From: Octopus sinensis
Taxonomy: Eukaryota
Length of the DNA: 22,962 bases
Direction: 5' to 3'
NCBI RefSeq assembly: GCF_006345805.1
Contig: NW_021836703.1
Span: 1-22,962, forward strand
Below the pieces are notes generated by a model. That model saw only the letters and a list, made by a program, of their open reading frames with translations. It made no database searches and had not been told where the DNA came from. The position numbers were made by a program, and so were the translations under genes. Positions 11,034 to 22,212 of the stretch are shown in pieces. Numbering within the stretch: position 1 is the first letter of the stretch; every line of letters begins with the position of its first letter.

Positions 11034-11431
11034 TAGATCTAACACACGCGCATACACATATATATATATATTTGTTTTCTTCTCTCAACCTTTCAATTTT
11101 ATTTACCATTTCTCATCTTCTCATTATTATCTGCATTTCTAAACAGGTATACACGCACACACACACACATACACACACACACACACACACAACACACATA
11201 CAGAAGCCCACATATAGGGCCCAACCTGATAAACACATACCCAAAAAACAAAAACATACACGTTAAAAAAACATAAAACTACGTCATATACATGTGTGTG
11301 TGTGTGTGTCTGCGTGAGTGTGTAGTATATGTAAACACTTGCATATATACTTTATACATATTTATGTACATAGCATGATATATATATATGTGTATATATA
11401 TATTATATATATAATATAATAAATGAACCAA

Positions 11432-11474
<43 letters not shown>

Positions 11475-11785
11475 TATATAGGTAGGGCGAGCGATATTTA
11501 TGTATAAGTAAGTCTTTACACACATCAAAATCTACAAAGATTATATATCCACATATCTTGACGAAAATATTTGTATGATGTTTTGTCAGATAGCTTCAAA
11601 GATATACTCATATTTATATGAGCATACACACACACACACGTACATAGACACACACTAATACATATGCTCTCACACGTGAATATATTTATAACTATACCTG
11701 TATACGATATGCATATAAGCTTCCCGTTTTATATAATACGTTTGAAAGAAAAGTTACCTATGTATATGTAATTGTGTGTGTGTGT

Positions 11786-11823
<38 letters not shown>

Positions 11824-11920
11824 AAGCGTTTGTTTATGTGTGAGTGGATCCTTGAGTGGAACAAATGTTGTCATTACTTCCGCTATTGCAGCTCCACTCA
11901 AGGCAGTTCTAGGTTAGTTG

Positions 11921-11980
11921 ACACCTGACGAGTTCAGTACACAAATTGTATCGCAGCATCTCGAAACGGTTAAATAGTGT
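11921..11980 (+). ncRNA. Type I hammerhead ribozyme-like motif (imperfect stems II and III)
   Basis: ACAC-CTGACGA-G...C-GAAA-CGGTTAA-ATA|GTGT. Intact core boxes, G10.1-C11.1 pair, stem I ACAC/GTGT in the correct register. Confidence 0.45.
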
Positions 11981-12461
11981 TCTTAGAGATTGCATGACAG
12001 ATAAATCTGTGATCGTGTGTGTGTGTGTGTTTATTATATTTTAGTCTTGCTATTCTTGGTTATACTTCATTCTTGTCAAGTGGACAGAGTTTGCTTTTTC
12101 ATAGTCTTTTGGAGTTCGCTTACTTCGGTATTGTCTGGTCGTCTCCCTAAGATAGCCTAAATAGGCTTGGGCAATGCTTAGTGTCAATAATTTTCAAATA
12201 TGTCGAACGGGAACGTTGGTACTCATCTCCATTTTGGATACAAGGAGCTGCACGAACAAGTACCAATGTTCCCAGGCAGCAGTCTTGATAATTGCAAACA
12301 TGCAAACATTGGTAGACTTGTTAACCTACAAATAAACAATATTTATTCACCCACGTGGTGTTTGGCACTTATTCTCATTGCACGATATTACTGTATATAT
12401 ATGTATATATGTTTGTTTGTGTATATATATATATATATATGTGTCTGTGTGTGTGTGTATG

Positions 12462-12509
<48 letters not shown>

Positions 12510-12546
12510 AAGAAAACAAAGTTATTTTATTTGACACGGGTAGGAA

Positions 12547-13097
12547 TATAGGAAAAATAGAAGGCGAAAATGTACTGAGAATAGTTAATAATATTTTTAT
12601 TATTATATTTAAAGCTCTAACCGGTTTCACATTTACATTGATTTTCAAAAATTTGAAATAGAAAGCCATGCTTTGTGTCGCTGCTGTTTTGCTGTTTTAC
12701 TTCTGACTTGTGTTTGAATTGTGGCCTATTTTTATAGGGAGTTCATGGCTCAAATTAGCATGTTTTGAATAGGGATTGATAAGTAGAGGATAGTCACATG
12801 ATTGGTCTTAGATCCTAACACACGGACATAGCGGGGTACCGACAAACATTTCTAAGACCAGTCATCTTACTATCCTCTACCAATTAAACCCTATTCAAAA
12901 CATATACTAATTTGAGCCATGAACTCCCTATAAAAATATGGCAAGCTTCAAACACGAGTCAGAAGCAAGACAGCAGCGACTTAAGCCACGTCTCTCAATT
13001 TCATATATTTGAAAATCAGCGTAACTTCTGAAACCGGTAAAATCTATAAATCTAATAATAAACTTTTCTCGGTGCATTTTGAACTTCTATTTTTCCT

Positions 13098-13100
<3 letters not shown>
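12547..13100. mobile_element. ~554-bp palindromic (fold-back/MITE-like) element
   Basis: Arms 12547-12812 and 12851-13100 are imperfect reverse complements, e.g. TTTTATAGGGAGTTCATGGCTCAAATTAG / CTAATTTGAGCCATGAACTCCCTATAAAA. 38-nt spacer; ends TATAGGAAAAATAGAAG / CTTCTATTTTTCCTATA. Confidence 0.9.
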
Positions 13101-13129
<29 letters not shown>

Positions 13130-13337
13130 ACATATACACACACACATACACACACACACATATATATTATATATATATATATATATACATACACACACCC
13201 ATATATATATATACATACACACACCACACCCATATATATATATATACATACACACACGTACACATATATATATATATACATCAATACACACATATATACA
13301 TACACACACATATATACATACACATATATATATACAT

Positions 13338-13387
<50 letters not shown>

Positions 13388-13397
13388 ATACATATAC

Positions 13398-13471
<74 letters not shown>

Positions 13472-13480
13472 ATACATACA
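13097..13480. repeat. Long compound (TA)/(CA) microsatellite
   Basis: Read directly. Confidence 0.95.
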
Positions 13481-14187
13481 TAGATACGTGCAAACACACA
13501 CATATACAGTAAAATTGCTGTAGAGAAATTATGATTTAATGGTTATGTAACCGTCTAAGGGATAAATGTATCGGTAGGCACTGCTGGCGTATTACCTGAT
13601 TATGGATAGGCCTTGCTGTAAGGTTTACGGCAGTTGGTAATTTAAAGGGCAAACCCTCGTTTAATCAGATAAGAGAAGAAATGGAGTAACATTTAACAAT
13701 TAGAAGTTGACATTTTTGGGTAGAATCGGTATATATATATATAAATTTATATAAGTAAGGATGAGATCGTTAATTTAGAATAAAATAACGAACTTATCAA
13801 GTGGCCAGCATGGAAAAAATAACCTTGAAAGGTAAAAATTATCAAAATTATAAATTGAGGTATCTACGAGATACCACCATGCTGAAAATAGCCGCCATGA
13901 ACCGACTCTAAAACCACCTTAAGTTTTCATATAGCAACATGGAGAAAAGACAAAAAGACAAAATGAAACAAGTAAAAAATTACTGGATAATTCTGGATCC
14001 CGGATTTCTGACTTTGCATTCAGGAATGCTTTGCCACGTCAGTAAAATACACTCAGAAAGAAACATAAATACATATATAAATACAACATACGAATACTTA
14101 CATATACGAGCGTATACATACATATATATGCACGTATGCATCAATGCTAGTTTATAATTATAAATTAGCAAGGCTAATTTATTATTG

Positions 14188-14237
<50 letters not shown>

Positions 14238-14596
14238 TTGTAGCGTGGAGAAGCTCTATATAATCTCGAAGCTTACTAATTTCTCATACCAGTATCCTTG
14301 GATCGTACTTATCTGCCATTATAAATATGTATTTATATATGTAGGTAGGTAGGTAGGTAGGTAGGTAGGTCAGTTGATATCGTTTGCATTATAAGAATTG
14401 AGAAACTTCGAGAAGTATGGTAAAATAGGTGAGAAAAGTCGAAAACTACATGTAGGAATAGAACTCACACCTGAAACCATGCCAGATGTTCCGTCATCAA
14501 CGCAAAGCAACCCTTTGAAATTTCTGCATCCATATTTTTTTTACCAGTTTTATTTTTATCAATGAGATGTGTTTAATATTTCCCGACACTTCTAAA

Positions 14597-14813
14597 TTCT
14601 TTTCTACTCTAGGCAGAAGGCCCGAAATTTTTGCGTTGCGGGGCCAGTCAATTAAATCGACCCCAGTACACAACTAGTACTTAATTTACCGACCCCGAAA
14701 GGATGAACTTCAAAGTCGACCACGGCGGAATTTGAACTCAGAACGTAGCAGCAGACGAAATACCGATAAGCATTTCGCCCAGCGTACTAACGTTTCTGCC
14801 AGCTCGCCGCCTT
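14597..14813 (-). mobile_element. Full-length family C-related SINE with alternative 3' tail
   Basis: Minus strand AAGGCGGCGAGCTGGCAGAAACGTTAG, GAGTTCAAATTCC B box, central domain, tail AAATTTCGGGCCTTCTGCCTAGAGTAGAAAAGAA. Confidence 0.9.
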
Positions 14814-15081
14814 TGAAACCAACCATATTGATTAATGTATATAAAAGCAATGTGGAATACAAATACTTGCAGAATGATATCAGTGAAGTTCGATTCCGTC
14901 ATTTCGAAAGATGTTGGTTGTGGATTATAACAGATTTTAAAAGGGTTGGACGTTAGCTTCTACATCTCTATATATTTCTTCTCTTAGAAAATGTTTTTTT
15001 ACTTTTGCCCGTGTTGGGTGACTTAGATATATAGATACGCAATTTCATCCAAAATTTCTAACATTTATATATGTATATATA

Positions 15082-15123
<42 letters not shown>

Positions 15124-15868
15124 GGGGGGGGGGCGTCTGCGTGTATATGTGGGGGTTTGCGTATTTGTGCGTGTGTATGTAGGTAATTACGACTTTAATC
15201 GCTAGAAAAAAACAACCTTGTTTTTCGCAGCCTAGATGAATGTAAGTGAAGGGTGGTAGTGATTTTCAACGGGGTCAGGGCCTCTTAACACATTCTCAAG
15301 GCTCATGTGTAAAACAAAGAAAGAAAGACATTGGGATTCAACAGGAAATTCTGTAGGAGACGACCGACATCTTTCATTGTTCGCTGCACACTTGCTAGAA
15401 ACTGTATTTTAATTTTGTTTTGTTTTTTTGTGCTAACATTGAAAAACTGCATCAACTACAGTGTACTGTCTAACTACTATCACTAAAGTACAAGTCATCA
15501 CAGAGAAATATGCTTGTGTGTGAGTGTGTGTGTGTGTTGTGTGTGTGTACCAGTAATGAATCGGCTGCCATATACACGCTACTTGCTGATATCATGTTAG
15601 GCAAGCGAAATGACTGTCATAAATCACTCTCTTTCTCTCTCTCTCTCTCTCCCTCCCTCCCCTCTCTCTCTGTGCTACTCTATATACATTTATATATGGA
15701 TATACATATGTATGTGTATGTGTGCGTAGATATATATGTCCATATCTATATATCTATATATTATATATATAAGTGTGTATGTGTTATGTATTTATGTATG
15801 TATGTATGACTGAAACCGGTACTGAAATGTTTTTTATAAAATTATTTTCTATCTTGACTTTTTCCATA

Positions 15869-15876
<8 letters not shown>

Positions 15877-15904
<28 letters not shown>

Positions 15905-16005
15905 GGTACGTACGTATGTATGTATGTATGTATGTATGTATGTATGTATGTATGTATGTATGTATGTATGTATGTATGTATGTATGTATGTATGTATGTA
16001 TGTAT
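15877..16005. repeat. (TATG)n microsatellite
   Basis: Read directly. Confidence 0.95.
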
Positions 16006-16544
16006 GCGGGCAATACATGAAAGAGCACTTTCACGAAATTGCTAATGACCAATCAGAAAAGATGAAATATTCATATTGTGGTTGAAATACCTGATCCCGT
16101 CGACCGATGGTCAAAGAAGTTCCAATAATCAACATCTGACGTTTTTCAGTCACAGTTCATCTAGGACTACAGTATTGAACTTGTTTTCAAAATAACATCT
16201 GTAAATGAATTTCATTTAATTTAACACTATAAATTTTCACCCCGTATTTTAATACGTTTACCGCCATTATAGAATATTTTTATGCCACCATTTGGTTTGT
16301 GCTGTCATACATACGCCACCACTGAAAATGTTTCTATGGTTCCGGCTTGGCAATGGTTCCGTTGGCCATGTTGTTATTTCCCGGTATTCCTCAAACCAAA
16401 ATACCTCTGTGTGCTTGTGTGTGTATGTGCGTGCTTGTGTGCCTGTGTGTATGCATACATACACACACACATATATATATATACATATACACACATATAT
16501 GCATATGCGTGTATATATATATATTTGTATGTGTGTGATCATGC

Positions 16545-16578
<34 letters not shown>

Positions 16579-16742
16579 ACATACGTATTCACACACACAC
16601 ATACACACACGCATATATATGTTTGATAATCTGTGTACTTATGTATCTGCCACTTATGTCTCCACCCCGAAATAGATGTTCTTCTTTCTGTCTATGTTTA
16701 CCGTTCTTGTGTTCTTGCTTCTAATATGGTATTGTCTTGTAG

Positions 16743-16898
16743 ACTTGCCCAAACCAAACAGTTGCAGCTTCCATCACGACGAACAACATGACGGCTTCTT
16801 CCATAAATCCTTTAAACTCGATTTCTGACAAATATTCAACGGAGCGGAATCAATATTACACCCATATTTGTTGAGTGTGTTTTTATTTTTCCCGGGTG
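16743..16898 (+). other. Candidate exon (unverified)
   Basis: Pyrimidine-rich tract, CTAAT branch-like motif, TTGTAG acceptor at 16742 and TG|GTGAGT donor at 16899. Phase-0 frame is open for 43 codons to TGA at 16874. Confidence 0.25.
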
Positions 16899-17125
16899 GT
16901 GAGTCTGTCATTGGTGATGTTTACCGTCAATAGCTCATGTTGGCGTTGTTATTGTTGTAGTCGTTCGTGGTGAGGGGTGGGGTGGCGATTGGGGGGGGGG
17001 CGTTAGTGTTATTTGCTGTAGCTGTGTTTACATATATGCAATTGTTGTTGATGTTATTGTTGTTGCTGCCTTTTCATGGTTGTTGTTATTGTTGTAAGTG
17101 ATTTTTTTGTTTCGCTTCTTTTGCA

Positions 17126-17236
17126 ATGCGCTGGAATTTAACGCCTGCTAAAGACTTCTCCGGTGCAGAACTAATCCGCATTGAAGGTTCGCGAAGCAAC
17201 CGGGCACGTAAGGAGTTGAGTAGAGCGAGTTGGTAA
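17126..17236 (+). other. Candidate small ORF or first coding exon (unverified)
   Basis: MRWNLTPAKDFSGAELIRIEGSRSNRARKELSRASW*; the stop overlaps a TG|GTAAGA donor. Non-repetitive, GC-richer island; no recognised homology. Confidence 0.15.
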
Positions 17237-17577
17237 GACTGTGTTATTGACGGACGAGAATGCTAAGGTGTTATTACTTAGCAAAGCAGCAAAGCAGCTA
17301 AAGTCAAGAGAGGAAATAGCTGGAGCAAACAAAGCTTTTGTTCAGGGTCAGTAACCTTTGCCAAAGAATTTAGGTTGGGAATACTTTCCGAAACTTGAAA
17401 AGAAAAACTGAAGGCAAACAAAGAAGACAAGAGAAAAGCAAAACAAGAAAAAAACAACAAAAAAATCAAATAAAAAACAGCTAAAAACTTATCATCGAAT
17501 GTAACAGCTTTTATAAGTAAAAGAACAGATTTGTGTATTTATATTCCCGTACTATATAATATATATATATATATATA

Positions 17578-17615
<38 letters not shown>

Positions 17616-17710
17616 AGATAGATAGATATAGATATAGATATAAATACAGATATATATACATATACATGTGCTTACAAACATAAGTAACACACTCTAGCAC
17701 GCGTCACTGG

Positions 17711-17742
<32 letters not shown>

Positions 17743-18547
17743 GTATATATGTAAGTATGTATATATATATACACATACAAGTGTGTGTGATATAGGTATA
17801 GATTTAGATATGTATGAGTACATACTTATGTACTTATACATACGTTATGTATGAATATATATGTGTGTTATGTAAGCATACATATTTCGAAATGTGTATA
17901 TATGTATATATATCTTTATCTATACCTCTCTGTCTCCAAATTCCTCTCTCTCTCTTTATATATATATATATATATATACACATATAAAGATATATATATG
18001 CATATATATACACGCACGCACACATTCACACACACACACACACACACACAGGTAAAATTAGAGACAGAGACATACGTGCTAATGCATATAAATATATATT
18101 AACGCGCGTATGGGTATGTGTGTGTATGTGTGCATATATGTGTGTGTGTGAGTGAGGTTGAATGTATGTGTTGTTACACATGCCGAATAGTGTGTCGCAC
18201 CTATATAATTCCAGTATATACATGCATATAAAATGCACATATACACACATGTACACATACATAACGCGCATACTTACATACAAAACACCCTTACAAACAT
18301 ATATATCTATAAATATACATAGATGGGTAAACGTATACACTCATAAGTATATATAAAATGCGTGTCAAAGTCTATGTTTTATACGCAATGGAATGTTTAT
18401 ATGGATGTATATGACTATATATTAGTCAACTCTATGAAATTTAGAGACAAACTGACAATTCCAAAATAAAGTCTACCAAGCTGCTTGAGTCTCTGATTAG
18501 TATATGGAGAGGCTTTTTCTAAAGAGGGTTTTAACAGATTTATATGT

Positions 18548-18620
18548 ATGCATATTATATAAATAATATATATATATATATAAATAATATATATATATAT
18601 ATATAAATAATTATATATAT

Positions 18621-18653
<33 letters not shown>

Positions 18654-18668
18654 TAAATAATATTATAT

Positions 18669-18707
<39 letters not shown>

Positions 18708-18727
18708 AATAATATATTATATATATA

Positions 18728-18760
<33 letters not shown>
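18548..18760. repeat. Imperfect (TA)n tract
   Basis: Read directly. Confidence 0.95.
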
Positions 18761-18762
<2 letters not shown>

Positions 18763-18840
18763 AAAATGGAGAAACAAATTTGGTTTGTCATCAACTTACG
18801 GATATTATAATGTTGGATTATTTATTCATTTTACAAATGA
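18758..18840. mobile_element. Single-arm relative of the 20961-21095 palindrome
   Basis: ATAAGAAAATGGAGAAACAAATTTGGTTTGTCATCAACTTACGGATATTATAATGTTGGATTAT matches one arm plus the loop. Confidence 0.8.
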
Positions 18841-18973
18841 GAACATCAAAAGCATACAAAAATATTATATAAATCAATAGATAAGATAATAATACAAATA
18901 CAGATTTTAAAAGTCATTGTACAATATATTTTTTTTCTCTCTTTTTTTTCTCTCCTTGTTTTTGTCTGTGTCC

Positions 18974-19010
18974 CTTTCTGTAGAAGAGCGTAGGCTGGAA
19001 AACGTCAAAG
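18974..19010 (+). ncRNA. Degenerate minimal hammerhead remnant in a Penelope-like terminus (element ~18920-19100)
   Basis: CTTTCTG-tAGAAGA-GC gtag GC-tg-GAAA-ACGTC-AAAG versus the consensus CTGAAGA-stem-GAAACGTC. Followed by a pyrimidine-rich tail and (TA)n. Confidence 0.35.
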
Positions 19011-19790
19011 ACTTTTTTCTATTCCTGCGCGTTATACTAATACACCTGTTTGGTTTGTACACCACCTGTCATCGTCTTTTGCTTTTTCGTAAACTCTCCC
19101 TATATAATATATATATATATATATATAATATATATATATATATATGTATCACTTCGGCGTTGTAATACTAATGACCAGGTGTAGAACTCAATATACGTCT
19201 GCTTTTGAACGAAGTGTTAGTCCAATAGTAAAGGGTGTTAATGAGGAAAAGCCGATGAAAAAGGAGTAAATTACTATCTTATGAAGTTCTTATGAAACTC
19301 GTATGTGTGTGTGTGTGTGAGCCTGTCTGTCTCTTTCTGTGTGTGTCTGTGTGTTTGTGTATGTGTTTATATTAAGTTTTACTCTTGACATCACTATGCT
19401 CAAAGATATCGAATAGAACTCTATATTGTTCTATTGACCTCTCATAAAAGTCTCAGATATCCAGATAATCAGAAGAATTACGTTTGACAAAATGGTCCCT
19501 CTAAAGCACTGTTGAATCATGTGAAAATAATAGCCAATTCCAAAAGTGAACTCCATCGCTGGCATCCCTCTCAGACGTCTTTCCTATGCATAGATATATT
19601 TTTATTGCACCCCATCCCTTATATCATCACAGCAATGTCTTTGCACAGTTTCAGAGGTATATCGGTTTTTGTGTATGGGTATTTTTTGAGGGAGTGTCGT
19701 CTGATCGTTCAGAGAAGAGGACATCATTAGCGGTTCCTGCCACTTCTCAGTAACACCGAGTCACAGAGAGAAATGGACTAAAGTACTTGA

Positions 19791-19852
19791 CCGGTACTTT
19801 ATCGACCCCGGAAGATTGGATGGCAAAGTTTTCATAAGCGGGATTTGAACTC
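19791..19852 (-). mobile_element. Family C SINE fragment
   Basis: Minus strand GAGTTCAAATCCCGC...ACTTTGCC...GGGGTCGATAAAGTACCGG. Confidence 0.65.
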
Positions 19853-20960
19853 GTAGTAGAGAAACCCAGGTCCCCATTAGGTATTTCCTTTGACGCCATA
19901 ATTGCTCTGTCAAGACACTACAGGCCTTGAATATACGCATACCTGGATATATATATTTATGTTTGAAAGTACATGAGTGCATAACTCAATTCATATATGC
20001 ACGCATATATACTCCTTCACAAATACACATGTACACACACATATACATATACAGAGGCATACGTACGTACATGACACACACACTCTCTTTCACACACACA
20101 CACTCGTACACATACACACATACATTTACACGCGCATACATTTGTAAGCACAATCACATATATATGCTTATATGTATGTGTTGACACACATACACCCACA
20201 TACACACACATATCCTTTTACAGTCACACACATAGACACACACACACACACACACACATGATCGTAAGTATATAACCCCATCTACAGCCACCCTTATCCT
20301 CATGAATAGAGGCACACCTTCACAACTGGGCGATAAATATGACGGAAAAGTAGATTACACAGCGTCATAAATGAAATCCCAACAAAGGAAATATTTGTAT
20401 TCCAATGTTTTCTTGAGATTTCAATAACTTTGTGTATTTTGGCGTCTTCTCTTATACACAGTCAGACACCAATGGTCTCACCTAGACAATGCACCCAAGT
20501 CCTTTCTGCTCTAAAATTGCGCTTTCCATAACCTTTTTGTACAAATGTTTTTTAGAAATTCTATGAAAACCATATTCTTTTGTCAATAGAAGGTGAGTGA
20601 AAAATAAAGGAACGGTGAGTAAGAGTTAAAAGCATGAATCGTAAAGAAAAGTAAAAAAGAAAACTGAATAACAAAAATGAAAGCATACCGATACTATCGA
20701 ATATACACACAGACACACAGACATATATACATATATATTCATAAATATATAACCACCCCCACGCACACACTCACACACATATACATGTATAAAGAGGCAG
20801 ACGGGAAAAGAATGCGGCGAGGAAGAGATGAATAGAGTTGGCAGATACATAAATGCATGCAAATACACATGCATACATATATACATACATGTATACATAT
20901 ATACATACATGTGTATATATATATATATATATAATACATACATGTATATATATATATATA

Positions 20961-21095
20961 TATAATACAAATAAGAAAATGGAGAAACAAATTTAGTTTG
21001 TTCATCAACTTAAGGATATTATAATCCAACATTCTAATATCCGAAAGTTGATGAACCAACTAAATTCGTTTCTCCATTTTCTTATTTGTATTATA
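20961..21095. mobile_element. 135-bp near-perfect palindrome abutting (TA)n
   Basis: 65-bp arms with about 5 mismatches around a CCAAC loop. Confidence 0.92.
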
Positions 21096-21240
21096 AATTT
21101 ACCGTAAAAATATTTCTTTACCTTCACCCGTTTAATACAATAAATGAATTAATTGCATTGCAATTAAAAACATTTATGTATTAAGAATTCGGGTACTTTA
21201 CCAACAGTATATTGGATAAATGATATCCCATAGTGGGTTA

Positions 21241-21474
21241 AAAGGCGGCGAGCTGGCAGAACCGTTAGCATGCCGGGCGAAATGCGTAGCTGTATTTCGT
21301 CTGCCGTTACGTTCTGAGTTCAAATTCCGCCGAGGTCGATTTTGCCTTTCATCCTTTCGGGGTCGATAAATTAAGTACCAGTTACGCTCTGGGTTCGATG
21401 TAATCGACTTAATCCGTTTGTCTGTCCTTGTTTGTCCCCTCCATGTTTAGCCCCTTGTGGGTACTAAAGAAACA
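21241..21474 (+). mobile_element. Full-length family C tRNA SINE with perfect 19-bp TSD
   Basis: TGGCAGAACCG A box, GAGTTCAAATTCC B box. GATATCCCATAGTGGGTTA at 21222-21240 and 21475-21493. Confidence 0.95.
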
Positions 21475-21523
21475 GATATCCCATAGTGGGTTACACCCAT
21501 AACACCCCTATCGTATTTTGTAC

Positions 21524-21556
<33 letters not shown>

Positions 21557-21569
21557 ATATATATATATA

Positions 21570-21608
<39 letters not shown>

Positions 21609-21690
21609 TAGATATATATGTATGTATATGAGTAATGGAAAATTGAGACAAATGCACAATATATTATTTAAATCATTTATATCACCGTAT

Positions 21691-21774
21691 CACAGACATA
21701 TGTTTCGATTGATACATCTAATTAAATCCGAGAGGAACAATAATGTAGAATAATGTATCAATCTTATCAGGGAG
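21691..21774 (-). ncRNA. Minimal type I hammerhead ribozyme remnant (G8->A)
   Basis: Minus strand CTGATaA-GATTGATACA-(37-nt loop)-TGTATCAATC-GAAA-CATAT-GTC. Perfect 10-bp stem II and palindromic ACATATGT stem III; stem I decayed. Confidence 0.6.
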
Positions 21775-21844
21775 GCGATTATAAACAACAGTGCTCATTA
21801 GTAAGTCATTTTTACAAATGTAAGAAACTGTAATATGTAATATA

Positions 21845-22212
21845 TCTCTATATATAAACGGCAGTTTGTCTGTGTGTGTTTCTGTGTGTCTGTTAGGTTG
21901 TACCCTCACCCTGACCACTGCTTTCAACCGATTCTGATGAAACTTGACACACACATAGCCCAATGTCATAATTCAAAACTAACGCAGTGAAAATTTTGAA
22001 AAGTTCCCCCAGTTCTGAAAAAAATCGATAAATTCGACATGGGGTCGAGAATCAGAAACACAAACCACAGACTGTCTAGGGGACGCAACTCGACCTTTTT
22101 AACTAAAAAAAAATTTACCATAATTTATTTTCCATTTTTTGCTATAACTCTCTAAAAATGCTTTATAGTTATTTCCCTTACAAACCCGAGCAACGCCGGG
22201 CGATACTGCTAG
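21845..22212 (+). mobile_element. Non-autonomous Helitron
   Basis: A|TCTCTATATATAAACGGCAG start, (TG)-rich segment, hairpin CCCGAGC-AAC-GCCGGG (22185-22200) and TACTGCTAG|T end. Confidence 0.92.

Noticed and set aside
13009-13512. YI/HT/CV-rich ORFs here and throughout the window
   Set aside because: Dinucleotide repeats lack stop codons, so these ORFs are artefactual.
17248-17270. Resemblance to miR-184 (GGACGAGAATGCTAAGG)
   Set aside because: Indels in the seed region and no complementary arm to form a precursor.
3454-21474. Repeated units suggesting a CRISPR-like array
   Set aside because: Dispersed SINE copies in eukaryotic DNA; no regular repeat-spacer structure and no cas genes.
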